Shown here: piece after piece, positions 19,791-27,753 of the stretch
Position numbering within the stretch: the first letter of the stretch is position 1
Layout: every line of letters starts with the position of its first letter
IMG/VR virus record: IMGVR_UViG_2695420685_000011
Length of the DNA: 41,961 bases
DNA from: a virus
Taxonomy: Duplodnaviria; Heunggongvirae; Uroviricota; Caudoviricetes
Strand: one strand, 5' to 3'
The notes under the pieces: generated by a model
What the model saw: the letters and a program-made list of their open reading frames with translations, nothing else
The model's database searches: none
Told to the model about the DNA's origin: nothing
Program-made: the position numbers and the translations under genes

Positions 19791-20003
19791 TTAGTGTATT
19801 TTCTTTAACAGACCCCAAAGTGTTCCGGCTTTTGTAGTCAGTTTTCCTGTTTCTGGATCGTACATACGCCATTCACGCCGCTGGTGGACGATATACCCAT
19901 CTTCACGTTCCAGACGCTCAAGAATGCCAGGTTGCTTGAAACCCTTAGCACGCCAGTAGCCGCTTGTTTTCTCGATTTCCAGACCTGCCAGTGTTAATGC
20001 CAT
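19791..20003 (-). CDS. hypothetical protein
   Basis: ORF with GGAGG SD; start overlaps the stop of the upstream gene (TAATG). Confidence 0.5.
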   Translation of the reverse strand: MALTLAGLEIEKTSGYWRAKGFKQPGILERLEREDGYIVHQRREWRMYDPETGKLTTKAGTLWGLLKKIH

Positions 20004-20338
20004 TATCCAACCTCCTTGCAGTCATCGAAAAGGTAGCTTTGCTGAGAAGCGTGAACGCCATAGAAGCCCTTGTATTTGTTGTATACGAAGTGGTCTTCTC
20101 CGACGCCGGTTAATTTGCCATTACGGTTTGTGAGATATGGGGATGACAATACTCGATCGTCACGCACAACATAGAACTGGTCGCCGCTGTCTACGACCAT
20201 CGCTCCATATGGTGCTTTTATGACGTCGGTAAGAGCGCCATTCTTAACGTCGGCTACAGACATTTCACACTGATAAACAGTGGTGTCGGCCACAACGATC
20301 GAAGAAAGGAACAACAGCGCGAATGGGATGGCCTTCAT
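20003..20338 (-). CDS. secreted hypothetical protein
   Basis: N-terminal hydrophobic signal-peptide-like segment MKAIPFALLFLSSIVVA; AGAGGTGG SD. Confidence 0.6.
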   Translation of the reverse strand: MKAIPFALLFLSSIVVADTTVYQCEMSVADVKNGALTDVIKAPYGAMVVDSGDQFYVVRDDRVLSSPYLTNRNGKLTGVGEDHFVYNKYKGFYGVHASQQSYLFDDCKEVG

Positions 20339-20514
20339 GCTGCCACCTCTTTGATTACATCAAATGCTGAATTAAATACGAGCACGATAGCCAAAGCGTT
20401 TATGACTACGTCGTTCACCGGGGAAAAGACTTTACGAATGACACCAGTGAAAATGCAGTCGATGACAAAAGCTATTGACACGATGAGTAACAAGTATTCA
20501 ATAAAAATCTTCAT
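20335..20514 (-). CDS. small membrane protein (59 aa; not in ORF track)
   Basis: My own translation: MKIFIEYLLLIVSIAFVIDCIFTG..., hydrophobic; stop overlaps the start of the next gene (ATGA); no clear SD. Confidence 0.35.
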   Translation of the reverse strand: MKIFIEYLLLIVSIAFVIDCIFTGVIRKVFSPVNDVVINALAIVLVFNSAFDVIKEVAA

Positions 20515-20553
20515 GATAGGTAGATACTAACTTATATAAATTTTACTGTAAAC

Positions 20554-20829
20554 TCACTCAAAAGTGCTGATGCTTAAAATACGCTCAAGATGTGCGGCAT
20601 CTTCATCACTGATTTGTTGAGTCTCTTCTACGTACCAACAGTTGCCGTTATGCCAACAAACACCATCATCATCAACCATCACTGAATCAGCGTCATGACC
20701 TGTATATTCAACGAGAATACGCTGGATCAGTGCGTCAGTTTCTTCGTCGTTAAGGCCATCGGCTTTGACCATAAAAAGCGGAAACACGTCATAGACAGTG
20801 CTGGTAACGATTCGAACTAAAACTCTCAT
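20554..20829 (-). CDS. hypothetical protein
   Basis: ORF preceded by the conserved AAAGGAAAAACAC-ATG leader. Confidence 0.6.
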   Translation of the reverse strand: MRVLVRIVTSTVYDVFPLFMVKADGLNDEETDALIQRILVEYTGHDADSVMVDDDGVCWHNGNCWYVEETQQISDEDAAHLERILSISTFE

Positions 20830-20884
20830 GTGTTTTTCCTTTTGTGGTTAATGTTTACTTATTTTGTTAGTTATGAATAGGCGA

Positions 20885-21310
20885 TCAATCATCTTGTTTA
20901 GGGAAAAACTGTTCAATAACTCTGTCAACGGCTGTGTCTATATGGAGTAGATGCCACACAACCATATCTTTGCTCCCCATGCCTTGTGTGAATATCACGT
21001 CATACTTACGCCATGCGCAGTGGAACCAATATGCTGAGTCATCAATTGGTAAATCCTCTCCCGCCTCTTTGAAGTATTTCAGCAGCATTGCTTGCTCTGC
21101 CGTTGGCGTTGGACCTATTTCCTGAGCGTACATACGGATAAATCGCTGCCAGTCTGTCTCGTCGGTGGTCGGATCTGGTGGATTCATTTCGGCGATAGCG
21201 TTTCGTAGCTGATGCGCCCAATCAGGTTCAGGAAAGCCTTTTGATACTTCATCATCAATAACATCCAGAGCCGCGTTTGCGGCATCGTAGAGTTTCTTAA
21301 TAGCTGTCAT
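20885..21310 (-). CDS. hypothetical protein
   Basis: ORF from track; acidic; no motifs. Confidence 0.55.
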   Translation of the reverse strand: MTAIKKLYDAANAALDVIDDEVSKGFPEPDWAHQLRNAIAEMNPPDPTTDETDWQRFIRMYAQEIGPTPTAEQAMLLKYFKEAGEDLPIDDSAYWFHCAWRKYDVIFTQGMGSKDMVVWHLLHIDTAVDRVIEQFFPKQDD

Positions 21311-21360
21311 ATTTTCTTAACCCTTTAAACAAATTGTTTTCTTAATAAGATAATTGCGAT

Positions 21361-21386
21361 AAAAAAGGCGTCCAACTGGACGCCTG
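21361..21386 (-). terminator. rho-independent terminator after the SPFH gene
   Basis: Stem AGGCGTCCA/TGGACGCCT with T6 on the minus strand. Confidence 0.65.
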
Positions 21387-21401
21387 AACTTTTAAGGGGA
21401 G

Positions 21402-22232
21402 TTATTTCACTGTAATGAAAGGAGTGTTAGCCCCTTGAGTCATGTACTGCGGTAACTGGCCATTCCATTTATTGATGGCTTCCAGCTCCATAACGTTCGG
21501 GTTTTGACGCAGAGCTTCACCGCGCAGACGAATGGCGTCGGCTTCTGCTTGCGCACGAGCACGGATAGCATCAGCTTCACCATTAGCCTGTTCACGTAGC
21601 ATATTCGCCTCAGCTTTACGCTGTTCAACTTCCTGCTGACGTTGCAGAGTACGCTGGTTAGCCGTTACTTTGGCGTTGATAGATTCAATGACGGTTTTTG
21701 GGTAATCAGGCTTTCCAACCCATGACAGGCTCAGTACCTCAATACCAACCGGAGACATCTCTTTCTGAATATCTTTCAGTGCGTTGTCCAGCAATTGCGC
21801 CTTACCACCGTCGATAAATGAGTCAGTGGTCATACGGCTGGCCAAACGGTTTAGAGAGTCGGCAATTTTCTGACGCAGATCTGATTCGGTGATATCGTCT
21901 ACGCCTTTGCGATAGGTCTGGAACACCGTCGTTACCTTGTCACGATTAACCAGATACGCAACGCCAATTTTGTGACCAATAGCAGTACCGTCACTCATCT
22001 GGAATGTGAACGGCTCGTCGTAGGTCTTCATTTGTTTGAAGGTCGGGAATACGTAAAGTTCGGTGTTAAGACCTGTCCATTGGCGACCAACGCCAACCAC
22101 TTCACCGATCCCTTTGTCTTCACCTAATTTGTTTACTTTGATGCCAACGTATCCAGGCTCCACGCGATCACAGCCAGTAAGACCCATTGTGCAAATAGCC
22201 GCCAGAGCAACTGCAAGTAAACCTTTCTTCAT
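21402..22232 (-). CDS. SPFH/band-7 (prohibitin/flotillin-like) lipoprotein
   Basis: Lipobox LTGC after a signal sequence, then a band-7-like core and a C-terminal A/E/R-rich coiled coil. Confidence 0.75.
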   Translation of the reverse strand: MKKGLLAVALAAICTMGLTGCDRVEPGYVGIKVNKLGEDKGIGEVVGVGRQWTGLNTELYVFPTFKQMKTYDEPFTFQMSDGTAIGHKIGVAYLVNRDKVTTVFQTYRKGVDDITESDLRQKIADSLNRLASRMTTDSFIDGGKAQLLDNALKDIQKEMSPVGIEVLSLSWVGKPDYPKTVIESINAKVTANQRTLQRQQEVEQRKAEANMLREQANGEADAIRARAQAEADAIRLRGEALRQNPNVMELEAINKWNGQLPQYMTQGANTPFITVK

Positions 22233-22235
22233 TAC

Positions 22236-22436
22236 TTATTTCCCCTTTGCTTTGATTAATGAGTTGATAAACTTACGACCAGCAATAAGACCGATTACAG
22301 GAGCACCAAAACCAACGATAACTCCAAACATGACGGCTAAATCACTCTTGGTAGAAATCAGCGACGGAACCAGTAAACCGTAGATGAGAGCCACTGAAAG
22401 GCCTGTGGCTACTGCCAATAGATAGATTTTGATCAT
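22236..22436 (-). CDS. small two-TM membrane protein (possible NfeD-like partner of the SPFH protein)
   Basis: 66 aa with two hydrophobic helices; stop 3 nt before the SPFH gene start; conserved leader upstream. Confidence 0.55.
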   Translation of the reverse strand: MIKIYLLAVATGLSVALIYGLLVPSLISTKSDLAVMFGVIVGFGAPVIGLIAGRKFINSLIKAKGK

Positions 22437-22465
22437 GTGTTTTCCTATGTGGTTGTTATGCGAAA

Positions 22466-22494
22466 ATAATAAGTAAGTACTTATATATTTTCAA
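22466..22494 (-). promoter_or_regulatory. sigma70-like promoter (TTGAAA-N17-TATTAT on minus strand)
   Basis: -35 at 22489-22494 and -10 at 22466-22471 read on the minus strand, about 30 nt upstream of the 22436 start; palindromic motif lies in the spacer. Confidence 0.45.
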
Positions 22495-22498
22495 GAGA

Positions 22499-22523
22499 TA
22501 AAAAAGGCGTCCTGTGGACGCCT
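22499..22523 (-). terminator. rho-independent terminator after the recombinase gene
   Basis: Stem AGGCGTCC/GGACGCCT with T-run on the minus strand. Confidence 0.65.
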
Positions 22524-22528
22524 TGTGT

Positions 22529-23602
22529 TTACTCTTCTACTGACTCGGTGGGGTTGTCTTTTGCTCTTCGGTCGTCGATTGCCTGCAAAGCCGCAATGAT
22601 TTCAGCCAGTGGCTTCTCCCGATACATCTCGACGATCTGCGATTTGGTGTATTTCTTGTCACCAATTTCAACTCGCCCGCTGGCGTTCTTTGGCAGGTAT
22701 CCTTCTTCCAGCATGTACTCGACGAGCGATTCGATAACGTCGAGGCCACGAGTAGGATCGAAGTAGAATTTCCAGGTGCATTTGCCATACGGTGGTGCAA
22801 CTTTGTTTTTGATGCATTCTGCGCCTACGTCTTGGCCGATCTTCTCTTTACCATCCTTCATCACCGATGCACCAAGACGGATACGTACAGAAGCGTAGAA
22901 CTTCGGTGAATCTCCACCTGGCGACGTAGTAGGGTCGCCAAACATTACACCGATTTTTGTGCGAACCTGATTCAAGAAGATGATGCAGGCGTTGTATTTG
23001 CGTGCCCACAAAGCCAGAGTAGGGAAGTTCGCACTTGTCGCACGAGCCAGTGCCGTATTGTCGTTCATGTTTAGCTGATCTTTGTCTTTGGCAGTGCCTT
23101 CAGCCATCTTTTCGAACTTCTCGGCTTTGGAGTTCGGAACCATAGACGCAAGTGAGTCAGCCACGATACAGATAGGTGCTGATTCAGGGATAAGCTCTTC
23201 ATCACGTACCAATTTAAGTATTGTGCCGATCAACTCTACAGAGTCTTCGAAGGTGTCAGGCTGCTTGTATACCCACTGACCGTCATCCTCATCTGCGTTC
23301 AGGCCATTGGCTACAGCCAGGCCAACGTCAAAACTGTTTTCATGATCGAGGAATACCGCCAGACCATCTTGTTTTTGAGCGGAGATCATCGCTGCTGTTG
23401 CAAGGAACGTTTTCCCTGCACTTGGAGGACCGAATACTTCGACGATACGACCACATGGGAAGCCGCCATCGTAACGACCAGAAATAGCTTTGTTTAACGG
23501 TGGAAAGCCTGTATCAATCCAATGAGTTACTTTCTGAATTTCGTCGTTGCTACCGATTTTCTTTTTCAGAGCAAGTGCCAGTGCGGATTTTCCTTTTGCC
23601 AT
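22529..23602 (-). CDS. RecA-like recombinase (RecA/UvsX/Sak4 superfamily)
   Basis: Walker A GPPSAGKT, RecA-like core and Walker B-like IVADSLASM; AAAGGAGC SD. Confidence 0.85.
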   Translation of the reverse strand: MAKGKSALALALKKKIGSNDEIQKVTHWIDTGFPPLNKAISGRYDGGFPCGRIVEVFGPPSAGKTFLATAAMISAQKQDGLAVFLDHENSFDVGLAVANGLNADEDDGQWVYKQPDTFEDSVELIGTILKLVRDEELIPESAPICIVADSLASMVPNSKAEKFEKMAEGTAKDKDQLNMNDNTALARATSANFPTLALWARKYNACIIFLNQVRTKIGVMFGDPTTSPGGDSPKFYASVRIRLGASVMKDGKEKIGQDVGAECIKNKVAPPYGKCTWKFYFDPTRGLDVIESLVEYMLEEGYLPKNASGRVEIGDKKYTKSQIVEMYREKPLAEIIAALQAIDDRRAKDNPTESVEE

Positions 23603-23604
23603 GA

Positions 23605-23871
23605 TCAGGCTCCTTTTGTTTCGTTGATTCGTTTTAAAGCGGCGGATTCATCGAATACAATCGCATCGTGGTTAAGGAGTCTGGATACACGAGCGAGGAT
23701 TTTTACGACCTGCTCGCTGACTAATCCAAACTCGCGATCTGTCGCTTTCATTCCGGCAGCGCCTAGAATTGACGGCAGTGCGATGACAGCGTACTCACCG
23801 TGATAAAAGACAATCTCTTTTGCCAGTTGGGCAGGGGTGGTTGTAGCGCCATTGATAATCGATTTAAGCAT
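23605..23871 (-). CDS. hypothetical protein
   Basis: ORF whose ATG overlaps the FEN stop (TAATG); no motifs. Confidence 0.5.
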   Translation of the reverse strand: MLKSIINGATTTPAQLAKEIVFYHGEYAVIALPSILGAAGMKATDREFGLVSEQVVKILARVSRLLNHDAIVFDESAALKRINETKGA

Positions 23872-24815
23872 TAGCAATACCTTTCGAATGGAAGAACAAA
23901 CACTTCAAGGTCTTCAAGGAACGAACGGAAATTCAGCTCGTAGCACAGTTGCTCGAATGCTTTCACGTCACGATTGCCTTTGATTGTTTCGATTTCGGTA
24001 GGCGGAAACTTCGTCTCAATCAGGTTCATTAGCGTGATGTTTCTCTTGAACGCTTCGAGCATTCGACAGCCTGTTTTCTCGTTGAAGGCATTCTTCGCTA
24101 GTTTGTTGAAGGCGGTCTTATGACGCCCTTTATTAACCACGATTGAGCCGTCGTTGATGCCGCGTACCATCGTTGCGACACTTCCCCATTCATGCAGCAG
24201 CTCTTTCGCACCGCCAGCACCAATGCCACCAACACCGCTAATGTTGTCCGAGTTATCGCCTTGTAATGCTTTTGCTTCCAAAAATGCGCGAGGCGTGGCG
24301 AATCCTGTCAGCTCCGCAAATTGCTCAAAATTAACCTGCTTGTTTTTGGCGTCTTCACGCAGGCTTACCCAGCTTACGTTTTCGCGAACTAACTGAAGCC
24401 AGTCGCTATCGCCTGTTAACAGATAGATGTGTTCAACGGTTGGCTGCGGTGCCATGCGGGATACCAGCAGCCCGGCCAGATCATCCGCTTCTGCATCTTT
24501 TGCAATGATTTGGTTAATACCAAGCGCGGTCATCATTTTGAGGATGTATGGCTTCTGGATAGCAAAGCCTTCCTTCATCTTTTTCATATCAGGATCGTCG
24601 TCGCGATTTGCTTTGTAGTCCGGGTAAAAGTCGCGACGCTTGTCACTAAATCCATCCCAAAGAATCATAGGTCGGGCATGGAGGATGGAGGCATAACGAC
24701 GGACGTTCTTAACAAAGCCGAAAGCAGCCTGTACTTCCATTTCGCCGTTGTGCAATTTGTCAGATTGTTGGTGGTAATAACCCAGGCTATTGCCATCTAC
24801 GAAGAGATAATTCAC
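23871..24815 (-). CDS. 5'-3' flap endonuclease/exonuclease (FEN, Pol I N-terminal-domain type)
   Basis: LFVDGNSL, DYKANRDDDPD and GDSD..QL motifs plus helix-hairpin-helix GIGGIG. Start set to the GTG at 24815 with GGAAGGA SD because a terminator hairpin lies at 24836-24859 inside the longer track ORF. Confidence 0.85.
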   Translation of the reverse strand: MNYLFVDGNSLGYYHQQSDKLHNGEMEVQAAFGFVKNVRRYASILHARPMILWDGFSDKRRDFYPDYKANRDDDPDMKKMKEGFAIQKPYILKMMTALGINQIIAKDAEADDLAGLLVSRMAPQPTVEHIYLLTGDSDWLQLVRENVSWVSLREDAKNKQVNFEQFAELTGFATPRAFLEAKALQGDNSDNISGVGGIGAGGAKELLHEWGSVATMVRGINDGSIVVNKGRHKTAFNKLAKNAFNEKTGCRMLEAFKRNITLMNLIETKFPPTEIETIKGNRDVKAFEQLCYELNFRSFLEDLEVFVLPFERYC

Positions 24816-24830
24816 CGGTACATTCCTTCC

Positions 24831-24860
24831 AAAAAGTAAGGCGTCCGTAGACGCCTTACT
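24831..24860 (-). terminator. rho-independent terminator after the SSB gene
   Basis: Stem GTAAGGCGTC/GACGCCTTAC with T-run on the minus strand. Confidence 0.6.
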
Positions 24861-24875
24861 GGTCACGTAATGGGA

Positions 24876-25904
24876 TTACAGAGAGTCCAGCTCTCTCAGT
24901 AGGTCATCCAGACCTTCATCTTCCGTCGCAGATGCGGTTGCTACAGATGTCGCTGCGACTGCTTCAGACTCTTTGACTGATACGGCAACGGCAGCGGAAC
25001 TTGCCTCTGGTTTAAATTCAGTTTCAACGGCACGGAGGATTTCTTCATCAACCAGACTGGTTGGTTCAGAAGCCGGTGTGTGCGCGGTTGCTACAGCCGT
25101 CGCTCCTTCTGTATGACCAGTGACAGAGCCAAATCCAGGTAGTGCCGCAGCCGATGTTTTCGCGGTTGAGGAAATTGCTGGTGCAGATGCTGCGGCAGTT
25201 GGTGCAGCGATGCCAATCAGACGACCCATAGTGCGAACTGTCGACAGAAGACGAGTTTCATCAGCCTGATTTGCGTATGCGATCAGATCATGCTGGGTGT
25301 TCCAGAATTTATCTTCGATATCGCCTTTGTAGACTTTACGCTTAGGCGAGACGTCATATTTGGTATCGCGACCAGAGCCAGTACGTTTAATCAGGAATGC
25401 GTAGCCTTCCTCTTTGCTCAGTGGATTGCCGATATCATCAGCGATGTCTTCGGTGATTGCTTTGCAGATATCATCGAATACAGTAGACGGCAGCTCGATT
25501 AACTGGCATTTCTCAGCATCTGCGAAATCCTCACGAGCAGAAAGAATGCCGTTGACCAGGTAGCGAGGAGTGGCACGCATTTGACCGATGCGTTCTTCCA
25601 TTGCTTTGTTACCCTTGTGACTAGCGCGACCTTCCATCACCATTTCGCATAGCTGACAAGCGCGACCGTGAGTATGTTGCTCACAAATATAAGCGTTGGT
25701 TGCTTCTTTACCTTCCTCGTTCTGATACTTAACGTAGTGCATACCGAAAGTCTGGAAGAACTTACCGTTTGGGTCGTCTTTATTCGGGAAGATGCGGATA
25801 TAGTTGACGCCGTCTTTTAAACGAGTCAGATCAACGTTGTTGCCACGTTTGGCGGCAATGTCTTCACGAGTTTTGTTAAGCAAATCAAGTAATGTCTTAG
25901 ACAT
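24876..25904 (-). CDS. single-stranded DNA-binding protein, T4 gp32-like
   Basis: N-terminal basic region, His/Cys zinc-binding cluster (HTHGRACQLC), Ala/Ser/Thr-rich linker and acidic C-terminal tail DDLLRELDSL. Confidence 0.75.
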   Translation of the reverse strand: MSKTLLDLLNKTREDIAAKRGNNVDLTRLKDGVNYIRIFPNKDDPNGKFFQTFGMHYVKYQNEEGKEATNAYICEQHTHGRACQLCEMVMEGRASHKGNKAMEERIGQMRATPRYLVNGILSAREDFADAEKCQLIELPSTVFDDICKAITEDIADDIGNPLSKEEGYAFLIKRTGSGRDTKYDVSPKRKVYKGDIEDKFWNTQHDLIAYANQADETRLLSTVRTMGRLIGIAAPTAAASAPAISSTAKTSAAALPGFGSVTGHTEGATAVATAHTPASEPTSLVDEEILRAVETEFKPEASSAAVAVSVKESEAVAATSVATASATEDEGLDDLLRELDSL

Positions 25905-26021
25905 GTGTTTCTCCTTGTTGTGATTTGGCCGATGGCGCTATGCGCGTTGGGCTTTCGTTCATTCGTGGCTCTTTCGAGCTGTTAAATGATAGATCAGTAC
26001 TTACTTATTATCTATCAAAAA

Positions 26022-26453
26022 TCAACGGGGAGTAATAAAGCGTTCAGAGCCTAATCGCTCTAATTCAACGATAGCCATCTTCGACGCCTGAACGATCATG
26101 TCTCGGCGATGCGAAAAGGCGGCGACAGCATGTTTGTATATGTCTGCGATGTGCCGTGCTTCATCCAACTTCTGCCGTTTAGACAGATACTGTGGGTTTG
26201 TTTTAACCTTAGCGTCTAGTACAGATTCGTTAAACTTAATGCCGTTCATACTCAAGTTTTTACGCTCTGTGTCGTATAGCTTTGCTTCAACAGCTTCAAG
26301 GTTAAGTTTTGCCTCTGCGACACTTCTTTCTGCATGGGCGAGCTTTGAACCATACTCCATCAACAGGCGAGGTTGTTTACGCCAGACGTCTTCCAGATTG
26401 TCTCTGTCAAACTCGAGATCAGACATTATTTTCTCGTAAATATCGGTGTTCAT
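26022..26453 (-). CDS. hypothetical coiled-coil protein (possibly UvsY-like recombination mediator; speculative)
   Basis: 143-aa helical protein next to the SSB and recombinase genes; size and context only. Confidence 0.4.
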   Translation of the reverse strand: MNTDIYEKIMSDLEFDRDNLEDVWRKQPRLLMEYGSKLAHAERSVAEAKLNLEAVEAKLYDTERKNLSMNGIKFNESVLDAKVKTNPQYLSKRQKLDEARHIADIYKHAVAAFSHRRDMIVQASKMAIVELERLGSERFITPR

Positions 26454-26596
26454 ATTGATATGCTCAAACTTACTTTCGTGTATCTGATTATATCAAACAA
26501 ATAGAGCTTTACTGTCATGATTGGCGGTAGACAGTATCGGCGCTAAGGTGCAGAATCAGGAGGCACACCGAGCAAAGCAAATTGAGAATAAAACCA

Positions 26597-27580
26597 ATGG
26601 ATAAGGCTAACAAACAAGTCAAAGCAACAAAGTCAGTGCCGACTAAAAAAACAGCCCTCCCCCCAAAAGCTAAGTCTGTAAAGCCAGCGGCAGAAAAGAA
26701 TAAAACTGAAGGTATGACATATCCGAAAACCAGTGCGGATGGACACGCTGGAGAGTACTTGTTTGCCTATTGGATTTCTCGTTATTTCAGATGGCCTTGT
26801 CGATTGCTAGATATTGATATGGGATTGGATGCTCAGGTTGAAATATATGAAAATAATCTTTCGACAGGTTTTTTTATCGGCGTTCAGATAAAAACCACCT
26901 CACGCAAAATGAAGAGAAGGTTAAGCGTACAAATACCTTATAAAAATATAACCTATTGGGGAAGTTGTGATTTTCCTGTGGTAATTGTTTTGATATGCCT
27001 ACACGATGATAATGAATTAGACGAACCTGCTATTTATTGGAAGCATTTAGATAAAAAAACAATTTCTAAAATAAAGGATAAAGCATTAAGAAGTGACTCT
27101 GGATGTGCTCCTGTAACTTTCAATAAGGATGATTATCTGTCTGAATGGGCAGACAAACAAAAGTGGGTCGACATGTGGCTTACAGAAGAAGATAAAGAGA
27201 TAATTGAGCTTGCAAAGCGAGTAAACAAGACGTTGCTAGAGATAGGTGTTCCTCTTGATAAATTCGGAGACGAGTATGACCGCAGCACCTACCTGTGTAG
27301 CCCTGAGCGGGTAGTACCAGACTTGAACTCTATGATGAATGAATATGAAAAAATAAATAACCATATACGTGTAAAGCGTCGATTAGTAGAATTCGATCCT
27401 GTAGTGTCGATTTGTTCACAAAATTATGAAAAGTATCTACCTAAAATCCTTGAATATTTTGAAGATGTGGTCGCACGTAGTGTCGGTTCATACTCGATTG
27501 CAGAACATTTCGAACCATACAGTGATCGTAATCATATTCTGAATCGAATAATTATAGAGAAAGCCCCTAATTCAAGATAG
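26597..27580 (+). CDS. nuclease-fold protein with lysine-rich N-terminal tail (DUF4365-like; unverified)
   Basis: K/P/A-rich tail, then GHAGEYLFAYW..DIDMGLD..VEIY..GVQIKT resembling restriction-endonuclease-like D..E.K signatures; AT-rich; opposite strand to neighbours; terminator downstream. Confidence 0.6.
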   Translation: MDKANKQVKATKSVPTKKTALPPKAKSVKPAAEKNKTEGMTYPKTSADGHAGEYLFAYWISRYFRWPCRLLDIDMGLDAQVEIYENNLSTGFFIGVQIKTTSRKMKRRLSVQIPYKNITYWGSCDFPVVIVLICLHDDNELDEPAIYWKHLDKKTISKIKDKALRSDSGCAPVTFNKDDYLSEWADKQKWVDMWLTEEDKEIIELAKRVNKTLLEIGVPLDKFGDEYDRSTYLCSPERVVPDLNSMMNEYEKINNHIRVKRRLVEFDPVVSICSQNYEKYLPKILEYFEDVVARSVGSYSIAEHFEPYSDRNHILNRIIIEKAPNSR

Positions 27581-27586
27581 TCAAAT

Positions 27587-27615
27587 GAAAAGCTCGTCAA
27601 TTGACGAGCTTTTCA
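27587..27615. terminator. bidirectional terminator between the plus-strand insert gene and dnaE
   Basis: Perfect 10-bp stem AGCTCGTCAA/TTGACGAGCT flanked by A and T runs. Confidence 0.65.
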
Positions 27616-27753
27616 TTAGGCGACTTTCTTACCAAAAATATTGGATAGCGTGACTCTGGTCTGGCGCTTCAGCCTGTACTGTCTCACATCGCCAATCTTG
27701 TTTACTTCCATAAACTCTTTGCTCTTTGGCCACCTTCATGGTGTTCGCTTTGT

